Assembly: GCA_950097015.1 (NCBI GenBank)
Contig: CATNEN010000001.1
Coordinates: forward strand, 23,374,001 to 23,438,000
Origin: Macrostomum hystrix
Lineage: Eukaryota > Animalia > Platyhelminthes
Reading direction: 5' to 3'
Length of the DNA: 64,000 nucleotides
The notes beneath the pieces are model-generated. The model made no database searches. It saw only the letters and a list, made by a program, of their open reading frames with translations, and was not told the DNA's origin. The translations under genes were made by a program, and so were the position numbers. Of the stretch, positions 25,050 to 35,696 are shown piece after piece (position 1 is the first letter of the stretch; each line of letters starts with the position of its first letter).

Positions 25050-25462
25050 GTGAGTTAACTGATACCATGCGAAAATGTTTCCTTTGCGCGAATTTAGAAA
25101 ATACCTACTGATCAGTAGTGAGACAATGATTAAATAATATTATTATATTGATTGTTACCATCTGTGAGTCAGCTAGGTATTTTTTTAATTTTAATATCGA
25201 GGCTTTGCTAAAACCAGGTAAGATTCCATAGAATGTGTGGCCCTTTCAACCAGTAACCTTACTACCAAAGTTACCAAAATATCCCTTGCAAGCAGTGGAT
25301 TATAAGCAGGATAACCCATCGCTTTTATCCCTTTAATCCATTTAAAGTCTGCAAAAAGCTATATAAATATATAGCCATCGTGGATTGTTAATTTAAAAAG
25401 TTGAAACAAAAGCTTGCAGCTAATTGAGTCATTGGTTACTATTTTATAATAAATAAAAATAT

Positions 25463-25685
25463 CTGCTGGAGGGCTGTGGGCGATGGAACTTCCAGTTGAC
25501 CGGCAGCCAGCGAGGAGGCAATTCTGCCCATTCCGCTGACTCCTGAGCGCACACTCACACAGGTGTGTACAACTGCCCTGACACTCTCACTGTGCCTTGG
25601 AGCTTGGCCCTAAAGGGCATAAAGTGTCCAAGCCTTCTCTCCGCGAATGCGCTCAATACTGAAATCGAACCAAGGACCGCTCTAT
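25463..25685 (-). mobile_element. SINE family A, copy with deletions
   Basis: GCCAGCGAGGAGGCAATTCTGCCCATT...CTCCTGAGC...GCCTTCTCTCCGCG. Confidence 0.75.
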
Positions 25686-25872
25686 CATTCATCCCCAAGG
25701 CTTAATAATACTTTTTTAATTGTTATGTCTGTAGCTCAGTGGTTTGAGCTTCCGACTTCTAACTGAGCTCTGGAGTCCAGCGTCTGTACAGCTGTACACA
25801 GTCTTTGTTCTGTCACGGATATCTCCTATCTATCTATCCAGACTCTAAGCCTTCGATTGTCCTGCATTTCAG

Positions 25873-26010
25873 CCGATCGCAGATGCTCAGGAGAGCCTAG
25901 CGATAGCTAGCTGGCACTGCATTGACTGGCTGTGGAACGGACACAAACATCAGCTGGACGAGCTGGGCTCTCGATGGGCTCAGCTAGCTCAGTGCGACTT
26001 CTGCAGCTGA
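25873..26010 (+). CDS. HYKK-like protein, putative terminal exon
   Basis: Acceptor TTTCAG; PIADAQESLAIASWHCIDWLWNGHKHQLDELGSRWAQLAQCDFCS-stop, resembling the HYKK terminal helices. Confidence 0.45.
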   Translation, partial: PIADAQESLAIASWHCIDWLWNGHKHQLDELGSRWAQLAQCDFCS

Positions 26011-26542
26011 TTTGAGAACGATTTTTTTTCCATGACATGCATCTTTTAACGATTAGTATTATTCGTTCAATTTTCTGTCAAAACACTTTAACACCAACTG
26101 CTTGATAAAATCGATTTATGAAAAAGAGGATGTAGATAATTCTATTTTTAATACGGAATCGATTCTTCTCAAACGTCGAAGTTTAATTTATTTGATTGCC
26201 TATGAGAGTGACGGGTGTACATGGGACACCCTTATTAATCATTTTGTCTAGTGTTCCATTGTTCTTTTATAAAAAATGAATAATTACTGGCTAAGTGTCT
26301 ATAGGGCTAGTAGTCAACAGGCTAAAAAATCTGGTTGAATCCAATTTCGCTGTTTTGCGTTGATTAAACTATGAAAGACAACCTGCTTCTCAGACAGACG
26401 CTTCGTCGGCAATGGCCATGTCAATTACGAAGATTAAATTTTAAACAAAGCTTCAAAATCCATAAAAAAGTCGAGCCGCTTACGAAAATGCCCAGCTCAC
26501 TAGTAAGATAACCGCGCATTAGACAAGGACAGTAACAGAGCT

Positions 26543-27658
26543 ATGAACGCAACTACGGGTCGCTCGGCGGGCGACGTTAGATACTTCAACAACTTGATGG
26601 TCCTGCTCATCGACTGTCTGGACGTCGACTCAGCCGGCAAGCTCCGTTGCATCACTGCCAGAATGGCTGGCGTCGCCTGCGGCTGCGTGCTGCCGCTCAT
26701 CATTCTCCTCGGTCTCGTCGGCAATGGTCTCGTCGGCTACGTCAATCTCGTCAAGATTCGTCCGCTCACTAGACAGAACATGTACTTTGGCTGCATTGCA
26801 GTGGTCGACGCGATCACGATGACATTGTTCGGCCTTGTCAACTTCTTTCTGTGTAGAGGTCTCCCTTGGCTGAGTGGTGGCAGATTTGGCTACATCCTGC
26901 AGAATGACGGCTACCTGGGCTGCAAGGTGTACATGGCGGTAATCAGCGTGTGTCCTCTACTGTCTGCCGCACTGCTACTCGTGATGGTTGCCGACAGAGT
27001 TCTGTCAGTCGTGGCGCCATTCCGATTCAGGACTCTCGGACCGAAAGTCGCATTGAAGTGGCTGTCAGCGGCTGCTGTAGCATCCATTGTGCTCTCGATT
27101 CCGGCCGTCGTTATGGGCAATCGAAACATCTCCGATTATCCAAATGGAAGCACAGTCATATTCTGCTTCTTCGACGGTACAAATAATCTGACTTTGTTGT
27201 ACTGGAGTCTCATCTGCAATCCACCGACGCTTGTTCTGGCCATCACGCTTTTCATCAACTTCGGCCTTCTGGCCTGTGTTGTACGTCTGGTGCGCGAAAG
27301 AAAACTGAACTTGGGCAGTCAAGTTGACGTATCCGGAGACAGGGGGAGTGGCCAGCACCTGAACGCAGCTGCGCTTGTCCTAGTCCTGTCGTCATTGAGT
27401 CTGGCTGCTCAAATCCCAACAGCTGCCCTCTACTGGGCCCTGACAATCACTCCAAAGACACCAAACTACACTGATGAGAACAGTAGAATCATGGTCAACA
27501 TCCTGAGCATCCTTGGGCCGCTGTCGCTATACTGCCAGGCATGCAGCTTCCCTGTGATGATGAGGCGCAGCCCCAAATTCAGAGCCTGCGTGTTAGAGCT
27601 TGTCACTTTGAGCCTCCAATCCACAACCAGTGATGTTCAGCTGCAGTGCCGCGCTTAG
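26543..27658 (+). CDS. Intronless rhodopsin-class (class A) GPCR, peptide/orphan type, 371 aa
   Basis: Seven hydrophobic segments; TM1 GLVGN, TM2 IAVVD, GCKVY, DRV variant of DRY followed by VAPFRFR, TM4 LSIP, ECL2 Cys, TM6 QIP. Confidence 0.88.
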   Translation: MNATTGRSAGDVRYFNNLMVLLIDCLDVDSAGKLRCITARMAGVACGCVLPLIILLGLVGNGLVGYVNLVKIRPLTRQNMYFGCIAVVDAITMTLFGLVNFFLCRGLPWLSGGRFGYILQNDGYLGCKVYMAVISVCPLLSAALLLVMVADRVLSVVAPFRFRTLGPKVALKWLSAAAVASIVLSIPAVVMGNRNISDYPNGSTVIFCFFDGTNNLTLLYWSLICNPPTLVLAITLFINFGLLACVVRLVRERKLNLGSQVDVSGDRGSGQHLNAAALVLVLSSLSLAAQIPTAALYWALTITPKTPNYTDENSRIMVNILSILGPLSLYCQACSFPVMMRRSPKFRACVLELVTLSLQSTTSDVQLQCRA

Positions 27659-27916
27659 CGAATCGGAAACCGAATGGGTCTTCAACTGTGAATATTGAGA
27701 GAAATGTCGATAGATCGGCTTATTACAAGTGAATTGAATACACTCGCTTTAACTTCGCACGCAAGCACTACACAACCAGTTCTAAAAAGCACTCCCGATT
27801 TTTTTTGAAAGAATGCACTTCTAATATCATATTCTAGAGGTAATGCACTCCCACCATGCTAGAAGCAATGCACTCCCAACATGCTAGAAGCAATGCACTC
27901 CCACCATGCTCGAGTC

Positions 27917-28553
27917 CAGGGATCGGCAAAATTATTTGCTAGCGGGCCAAAGAGAGAGCCTAATAGACGATAGCGGGCCGCATTGACTGTATGAGATACG
28001 GGAGAGATGAGACACGGGAGAGATGAGACACGGGAGAGATGAGACACGGGAGAGATGAGACACGGGAGAGATGAGACACGGGAGAGATGAGACACGGGAG
28101 AGATGAGACACGGGAGAGATGAGACACGGGAGAGATGAGACACGGGAGAGATGAGACACGGGAGAGATGAGACACGGGAGAGATGAGACACGGGAGAGAT
28201 GAGACACGGGAGAGATGAGACACGGGAGAGATGAGACACGGGAGAGATGAGACACGGGAGAGATGAGACACGGGAGAGATGAGACACGGGAGAGATGAGA
28301 CACGGGAGAGATGAGACACGGGAGAGATGAGACACGGGAGAGATGAGACACGGGAGAGATGAGACACGGGAGAGATGAGACACGGGAGAGATGAGACACG
28401 GGAGAGATGAGACACGGGAGAGATGAGACACGGGAGAGATGAGACACGGGAGAGATGAGACAGAATACTGTTGGTGTCGGAAGGGGCAACGGGTCGGATT
28501 TGGGAGCTTCGAGGGCCGCATCTGGCCCGTGGGCCGGAGTGTGCCAACCCCTG
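27917..28553. mobile_element. hAT-type MITE with internal perfect 16-bp minisatellite (GAGATGAGACACGGGA)
   Basis: TIRs CAGGGATCGGCA...TGCCAACCCCTG, subterminal GGCCCGTGGGCC; no clean TSD. Confidence 0.8.
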
Positions 28554-30276
28554 TACTCGACCCAATGCACTCCCAAAATGCTAGATGCACCCGCTGACTC
28601 TTAAGGAACTCTAACGGAAAACTAAGTAAAAATACACTTCCTCTACTATCAATGAACCTGTTGTGTTCTTAATGCACTGCATGGGCCATGAGTATTGTTA
28701 CCGCAATGGAACTCAAACTATTGGCGACAGACTGTCTGAGTAACGTTTAAAAGCATTGCAGCTTTAATCAACGAATGAATTTGAGTAGACTCATAAATTG
28801 AACTCTCCTAAGAGCTTAATCTTCTAGAAACACAGACTCGATCAGGAACGTTCTGCGATGCAGTTGTAGAAATGATTGATAAAAAAATAATACAGAATGC
28901 ATTAAAAACGTGTACCAAACTCTGAAATGCCATTGCATGGGCACTTACGAGCATAAGCCCACAATCCCAAACTCAAAGTAGATGTAAGTTTTAGACATAA
29001 TCGCAAAAGCTAGATCGTAAAATCGGTATGCACTAAATCTTGTCTTGAATTGGGAGAAAAATCTAGGCTAGTTGAGGCTAGGCTAGACCGAGTGCCAAAT
29101 TCAAGGTCATATTTTTTGGAATTCCCAGTTGTCTATGGGCAAGATTTCGAAAATTTGAGATTGAGCAAAAGTTAACGCTGAGTTAAGGGCCCATCTATTT
29201 TACTTATTTTCATTTCATTCAAAGGGTCAAACACCGACATGTCGAAAGCGAAGAACAACTGCCTGGGAGGTTGTGACTTCGCAGGTCAATGAGCAGTGCG
29301 AAACTAACTAGCCTGTTGAAAAAGTGCAAAAAAGATGGAAGAAAAAAGTGCAAGGAAGACTGGAGGTGGACCGCCTCCAAAACTGTCATTGAATGAGAAT
29401 CCCAAGAATTTGGGATTAAGAAAAGGCGATCTAGACAGAATTTAAAGACAAATGCAAGGAGGAGGTCAAGGACTTACATATAATCTTAAAAACAAGTCAT
29501 CTTTCCTTACCATATGCTGGTAAAGTGCAAGTGCAGTAAAAGGACAGGGCTCAATAGCCTCTGCCATCTTGTTTACGCCCATAAGATTATACCATTAGAG
29601 CCACAGTCTTCCTTTTTAAAGAGAAAGACGCCTCGAAACTCCAGACTTTATGTGTGAATTAAAGTGTGAAGTTCACACCAATCGATAATTCGATAGCGTC
29701 TCAGAGATTTCAAAGTTTAGCATGTTGAATTTCATTCGATAGTGGCCTCTTAGAACTTTTAAGAGGTTTAATTGGTTTTCTTTCCACTCACCAACAAAGC
29801 GTTTGTGTCTCGACGACGGAGGGTGTTAAGGACGATCGGGAAGCTAAGAATAAAAAAGCATCATTCTGTACCAGTAAGCAGCTACCAAAAGGGAATTAAT
29901 GAGGCATGCTGAAACATCTATTGATCAGGGCTGTTCGAATACAGTAAAGTTGAAATTAATGCAGCGAAAGTGGCTCTATTCTGAATATAAATATGGCATC
30001 TAAGATTGCATATTGCATATACGAGCTCGTAAATGCATTGCGGAGATAGGCGAGCACAGTTCAGACGTGAATAACTTTTGAACTGTACTACGAATCGACT
30101 CCAAATTTGATATGCACTGGTAACTCGGTTGCTGTTCGAAGACTGTAAATTTTCATGTGATTTGGTACGACAGAGCCAGAGTGTTTGTTATATTTAGAAT
30201 ATAAATCTGAATATGTATCGGGGACCTATTACATTACTGTAACACACTAAAAGTGGGGAACGAACCTCGCGCTGGC

Positions 30277-30321
30277 AGACCGAGACCGGTTTCTGGCTTG
30301 TTTGCCTTCGTCAGTCAGCCT
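30277..30321 (-). ncRNA. Minimal type I hammerhead ribozyme-like motif
   Basis: Minus strand AGGCTGA CTGACGA A GGC-aaacaa-GCC A GAAA CCGG TC TCGGTCT: 7-bp stem I, palindromic ACCGGT; A.A mismatch at the base of stem II. Confidence 0.7.
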
Positions 30322-30643
30322 TAGCCACACGCCGTCCTCTCCCACCACTCTTAGTGTGCACAGAAGTCTCTTTTAAGCTTGCCATTTTTATGGCGATACT
30401 TATTTAGTGTTATGTGAGAGTTTTGCAGCCAAGTCTTTGCTTTTCTATTGTTGTCAGTAGTCTGAATTGTATCTCTCACACATACGATCCTCCTTTCTCA
30501 TTCTGAGCAAGAAAAAAGGCAAAGTAATGTATCCACAAAAATCAGCAACTGTTTGTCACAAAATGTTTCAGAAAAAGTATTGCATTACAACCCAAAGTTT
30601 TTTTTCACTGAACACCGCAGTTACTTAAATAGCTGGTGTCGAG

Positions 30644-33600
30644 CTATCGGCACATCAGGGACGAGCAGAGGACAGCGCAGCGCACGCCGTCGCACTGAGC
30701 GGCGACGTGAGCGCAACCGGCGTGGGCGACTTCGCGGTGCTTCAAGACGCCAGTTGCCCCCGGTCTCTGCCGCTTCTGAATCGGATCCGCCGGGTGGCGC
30801 CGGGGACCGTGAGGCCCAACGTCATCGGGCCCTAGCCGTACCAGGTGGTCGCCTCAGGCTCGGCACGCTGAACTGCCGGACCCTGAAGGCCCCCTGGCGT
30901 CGCACTCTGCTCGTCCAGCTGGCCCACGACCTACAGCTGGACCTCATAATGCTGCAGGAGGTCTCTATTGTGGCGGAGCCAGGCCTTCAAAATGAGGACC
31001 TTGGAGCCGGATGGAGCCTCTTGTACACGTCGGCAGACGGCCGCGGGCGTGGCGGCGTCGGCGTGCTGATCGGACCGCGCCTTCGGCAGAGCGTGCACTG
31101 CGCCCCACTCTCCCCGCGTCTGCTGCGGGTTGACCTGCGCCTGCGCGCTCGCTGCATTCGGCTCTTCTGCGCGTACGCCCCTACGGCTGCCCACCCGGAT
31201 GAAGCTCTCGCCTTTTTCGAGTTTCTGGCCGGACAGCTGGAAGAGATGCCAAACCGCGACACGCTGGTGGTGCTCGGAGACCTAAACGCAGTTCCACGTA
31301 GGTCCGAACGATCGCCTTTCGTTACGGGACGCGAGAACGCCAACACGGATGCGCTGGAGGACCTACTAGAACGGCTGGACCTGATGTCAATTAACACCCG
31401 TTTCCGCAAGCCACCGGCCCGCCTGGTCACCTTCGCGGGCTGCAAGAGGAGACGACGGAACGCGCGAGGACGGAATGCCACGAGGCGGCTGGCGCAACTC
31501 GATCATGTGCTGGTCCGCGCTCGCGAGCACCGCCGCGTCATCAACTGCGACACCATGGCTCCGCTGGCTCTCCGGTCTGACCACCGACTCCTGCTCTGCG
31601 ACCTGCGGCTCAACGACCCGCTCTACCGACCTCCGAAGCAGCGGCCACGGCGCTACTATCGTGCCTTGTTGGACCCCCGCGTAAAGTACCAATTCGCGGG
31701 CGCCTTCGCTGGCGCGCTTGGAAACCAGCGCGAAGCGGAGTACGCCGACATCAGCACTGCCGTGAGAACTGCAGCTGAGAAGACGGTCCCGCTGATGCGA
31801 CCGGCGGAGCGGACGCAGCCAGTCTGGCAGAGCGACCCAACGATCAGGCAGGCGCGGCTAAAGATCGAGCGACTCCGAAGATCCCGACGGCCCACTGGTG
31901 ACGCCGAGGAGGCGCTCGCGCGTCTTCTGGACACGCGGCAGCAGGCCGCAGTCGACGACGCCATCCAGTCCATCACAGCAGCTGGCCCCGACGTGAGGAG
32001 CCGCGCAGTGTGGACGGCCGTTCGGACCCTTACGGGGCGCAAGAGGCGTGTGGCGCTAAATCTGGCCGGCGACACTCCGGAGGAGCGCAGGAATGAATTG
32101 CGCGACTTCTTCGCCGGCATTGTAAACGCACCCTCGCCCCCGCTGCCAGCCAGTTTCGCACTGCCGACGGACACGGCCCTGCCAGCTGAGGAGGATTTTC
32201 GCACCAGCCCAGTCACTGTGGAGGACGTTGTACGGTTCGCTCGGAGAACATCTGGCGGCAAGGCGCTCGGCCCCGATGAGGTTCCGGTCGAGGCGCTGCG
32301 GCTCCGCTGTGTGGCTTCCCAAGTCACAAGCGCCATGAACCGCGTGCTCGCCGGCGCCCCTGCGCCCACCGAGTGGACCGTAGCACACATCGTGCCGATC
32401 CCGAAGAAGGCCGGGACAACGCGGAAAGAAGATCACCGCGGGATCTCGCTTATGTCCTGCACCGCAAAGCTTTTCAACCGACTGCTTCTCGATCGCCTGC
32501 AGTCGGTGCTGGACCCGTACCTCCGTTACGAGCAGAACGGGTTCCGGCCACAGCGCGGTACAGTAACCCAGATCCTCGCACTCCGCCGTGTCATCGAGGA
32601 GGCGCGCATCCGCCAGTCAACGCTGATCGTCGTGTTTGTCGACTTCCGCAAGGCGTTTGACTCGGTGTCGAGGGCCGCGCTTCTACTAGTCCTTCGTGCC
32701 TACCGGGTCCCAGAGCAGCTAGTCGCCGCTGTCATGTCGCTGTATCGCGACACGCGCGCTGCTGTTGTTACGGCGGACGGCCTGTCCGACCTGTTTGCCA
32801 CCTCGTCAGGAGTGCTGCAGGGCGACACGCTGGCCCCGTTCCTCTTCGTGCTTCTCCTGGACTGGGTGCTTCGGACTGCGCTCCCCTCGGCTGAAGACGG
32901 CTTCCTGCTACGCAGACGCATCGGTCGCCGCCACGATGAGAAGCGCCTCAGTGTGCTTGGCTACGCCGACGACCTCGCCCTCCTGTCCTCGACTGTCGAA
33001 GGTGCCCAGCGCCAGATTGACAGGTTGGCTGAGGTGGCATCAAGCGTCGGCCTAGTGATCAACACGCTTAAGACCGAGGTGCTGACCGTGCCGGCCGACA
33101 TCCCAGCGGACCTGACGTGCCGCGGCGCAGACGGGCAGATCATCTCGCTCGCACGCTGCCAGCGCTTCACTTACCTCGGCGGTCTGGTGCCCAACGTGGA
33201 AGACGACATCCGGCGGCGCAGAGGACTCGCATGGGCGGCCTACCGTTCGATCCGGGCCGTCCTCCAGTCCACAGCGCTGCCTGACCGCCAGAGGGCTCGG
33301 CTGTGGCAGGCGGTGATCGAGACCGTCCTGCTGTACAACGCCGAGTCGTGGACGCTGACGGCTACGCTGGAGCGGCAGCTGGACTCGGTGCACTCGGGGC
33401 TGCTCCGTGCGGCCTTTCAAGCTGACGAGAGCGTCGGGACGGAGGCTCTGTACGAGAGAGCTCAGCTGCAACGCCCGTCCACCATCCTGCGCCAGCGACG
33501 ACTTCGACTAGCGGGCCACGTCATTCGGGCCGAAAGCTACTGCCGCCAGCCCGCCCAGGACGTCCTTCTGCTCACCCTGCAGGGCCCGTTCAGGCGCGGC

Positions 33601-33763
33601 CAGGCTCGGACCCGCCGCTACGTCGACTGCCTGCTGAGCGACGCCAGGGCGCCCGACACTGCCTCCGGCGCGGACCATGTTCGCGCGCTGGCTCTGCGGC
33701 GCATCATTTGACGCCGCCCCCCTGACGTTTGGGGCTTGCGTATTTTGTTGTTGTTGTTGTTGT
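30644..33763 (+). mobile_element. RTE-clade non-LTR retrotransposon (APE endonuclease + reverse transcriptase), intact and probably young
   Basis: 10-bp TSD TGGTGTCGAG at 30634-30643 and 33764-33773; (TTG)n tail; 3' hairpin GCCCC...GGGGC at 33716-33735; GC-rich against an AT-rich flank. Confidence 0.93.
30646..33711 (+). CDS. LINE ORF: apurinic endonuclease + reverse transcriptase
   Basis: GTLNCRTL, LQEV, AYAPT, GDLNA, LDHVL, SDHRLL (APE); GPDEVP, PIPKK, RGISL, QNGFR, FVDFRKAFDS, GVLQGDTLAPFLF, YADDL, FTYLG, LRLAGHVIR (RT and C-terminus). No stops; start undefined. Confidence 0.93.
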   Translation: MGTSGTSRGQRSARRRTERRRERNRRGRLRGASRRQLPPVSAASESDPPGGAGDREAQRHRALAVPGGRLRLGTLNCRTLKAPWRRTLLVQLAHDLQLDLIMLQEVSIVAEPGLQNEDLGAGWSLLYTSADGRGRGGVGVLIGPRLRQSVHCAPLSPRLLRVDLRLRARCIRLFCAYAPTAAHPDEALAFFEFLAGQLEEMPNRDTLVVLGDLNAVPRRSERSPFVTGRENANTDALEDLLERLDLMSINTRFRKPPARLVTFAGCKRRRRNARGRNATRRLAQLDHVLVRAREHRRVINCDTMAPLALRSDHRLLLCDLRLNDPLYRPPKQRPRRYYRALLDPRVKYQFAGAFAGALGNQREAEYADISTAVRTAAEKTVPLMRPAERTQPVWQSDPTIRQARLKIERLRRSRRPTGDAEEALARLLDTRQQAAVDDAIQSITAAGPDVRSRAVWTAVRTLTGRKRRVALNLAGDTPEERRNELRDFFAGIVNAPSPPLPASFALPTDTALPAEEDFRTSPVTVEDVVRFARRTSGGKALGPDEVPVEALRLRCVASQVTSAMNRVLAGAPAPTEWTVAHIVPIPKKAGTTRKEDHRGISLMSCTAKLFNRLLLDRLQSVLDPYLRYEQNGFRPQRGTVTQILALRRVIEEARIRQSTLIVVFVDFRKAFDSVSRAALLLVLRAYRVPEQLVAAVMSLYRDTRAAVVTADGLSDLFATSSGVLQGDTLAPFLFVLLLDWVLRTALPSAEDGFLLRRRIGRRHDEKRLSVLGYADDLALLSSTVEGAQRQIDRLAEVASSVGLVINTLKTEVLTVPADIPADLTCRGADGQIISLARCQRFTYLGGLVPNVEDDIRRRRGLAWAAYRSIRAVLQSTALPDRQRARLWQAVIETVLLYNAESWTLTATLERQLDSVHSGLLRAAFQADESVGTEALYERAQLQRPSTILRQRRLRLAGHVIRAESYCRQPAQDVLLLTLQGPFRRGQARTRRYVDCLLSDARAPDTASGADHVRALALRRII

Positions 33764-34072
33764 TGGTGTCGAGTTAGCTGGTTTACTCGAGTAAAAGTGA
33801 CTTCTTCAGAGATTTAAAGCTTTAACGCTTCATTCGTTAATAAGAATTTCTCATAGTAGCGGAAACAATGCAGGCTTTGTTTTTTGTAACTCATGGTAAT
33901 ATGAATTTCGTGATTTTTTGTTTAAGCTTGAAAGCGATCAAATTCAATGTAGAAAAAGACGTATTTTTTCTATATCGTACCTATGTCATCGTATTCTAAT
34001 GAATTGAGTTTTCATTTCCAACGAGTTATTCTGTAATCACTAATACGTCAGTTAACCAAATCAGAAACAGGA

Positions 34073-34172
34073 ATGTCCTACGTACCAGTCTCCCAAAATG
34101 CTCCTGAGGGTAGCATTTCATCAGCCTCTGCTTTTTTGCACAGTGGTCACATCGAGGACATTGATAAAATAG
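34073..34172 (+). CDS. ATP6V1H: V-type ATPase subunit H, first coding exon
   Basis: ATG at 34073, MSYVPV...IEDIDKI, donor GTAATT at 34173; phase 1 joins in frame to GMYAATNQLQ. Confidence 0.7.
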
Positions 34173-35557
34173 GTAATTTTTGTGTATTTGTTTATATAAG
34201 TTTTTGTATAGAGAGTAAAATACATATATTTATTTTCAATATATTTAATCTATTAATTGCTCCCGGCTTAGTTATACTCGTAGTAGCTTAGCCTAGACTA
34301 ACAGTATACATGACTGCCAAAAACTCAGTCACAAATTGGTGCAATGGCTATGCCTATCACACCTATGCATGCTAGCAATTTTACAAACAGAGCCATATGC
34401 CTAATCATGTTATCTTAATAATTTTTTTAAGTATAAGTAGGCCTATATACTTTAATATTGAGTAGTATTTGGTATTATATAATATTCTCTGACTTAACCA
34501 TTATGGTTACAACTATGTCAATGTTGCAGTTTGTTTTTTGTATGTACTTATATGTTTTAAAAAGAACAAGCATAAATTGTAAACAAAAAACAGGAATGGC
34601 AGGTTATTTAGTAAGTTATTGCACTAAAATTGTTTATGGTAGATAATAGTGAGCAACCCAGTATAGAATTGCATGAAACACCTTGCTATGGCACAGTTGC
34701 TGTCAAAGGTATTCTTTATGGTTACTCATGAACAGAGCCATAGAAGTTCCACTTTGCACAGTCTCACATACTTTCATTTGTGTTCATTTGCACTGACACA
34801 TGATTTAGGTCCACAGAGTAGAGGCAATGGTTTACCACTATATAGTAGGCCAGTCCTTTTTATATAAGCCAGCCAGCCATGCTCAAGATACAAGTTCCAG
34901 GCATATCAGCCTGTTATATCCAGGCAAGATGTGACACTGGATGATAGGAAGAAGTGCAGTCTGGCGTAATGGCTATCATGCACTAGTTGTTCTGTTATTT
35001 AACCATCCCAAGGACCTAATGTCCTTCATACCATGTGCCCTTTGTGATGGTACATAAATTTGAATTTGTCCACCTCCACTTTGTCAGGCCATTTTAAGTA
35101 GATGTTCAAGTCAAAAATGATGCTAGTCAACAATGGTGTAGTCTTTACAAACCCGCATATGATGACTTGGATAAGTTGATTAGATCAATTCAAGCTCTAT
35201 GTGACACATAGGCTCCAATTCAAGCTTTAAAAAATTACACAAAAACTGCAACATTGCCACCATGTGTTACTTTTAGTCGGGTCAGCTGAGACAGTAATTT
35301 TGATAGAAGAAATCAAGAAATGTTATATTAATTCTTGAGACAAGACTAGAATAATTTCATGGTAAATGAGGTAATTAAATGGGTTTTACTTTGCCCATTA
35401 CTGTTATTTTATTTCAAGAAATTATTTTAGTTGTACGTAATGGATACAAAAATATTGAGTGCAAGAATAGAGTTTAATATTAAATTACAGTCTGACAAGC
35501 ATTTTAGCAATTTCAGAGAACATGTTTGAAGTTAGTATCAAAGATTATAGCTTAGTA

Positions 35558-35696
35558 TAGCAAAAGAGCAAACATCAAAACAAACATTTTAAAATCTATT
35601 TAAACTGCTGACACATTTTGTCCAAAGCAGAAATCTTCAGGGCAAACCAACCATTAAATAGATTAAATGTTTGTTTTGACGTTTGCTCTTTTGCTA
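35558..35696. repeat. Small foldback element (about 45-bp arms)
   Basis: TAGCAAAAGAGCAAACATCAAAACAAACATTT..AATCTATTTAA and its reverse complement; nearby 14-bp direct repeat TATAGCTTAGTATA. Confidence 0.8.

Noticed and set aside
30553-30643. ORF-track N-terminus of the LINE protein
   Set aside because: Lies outside the TSD in flanking host DNA and begins at a TTG; chance in-frame extension.
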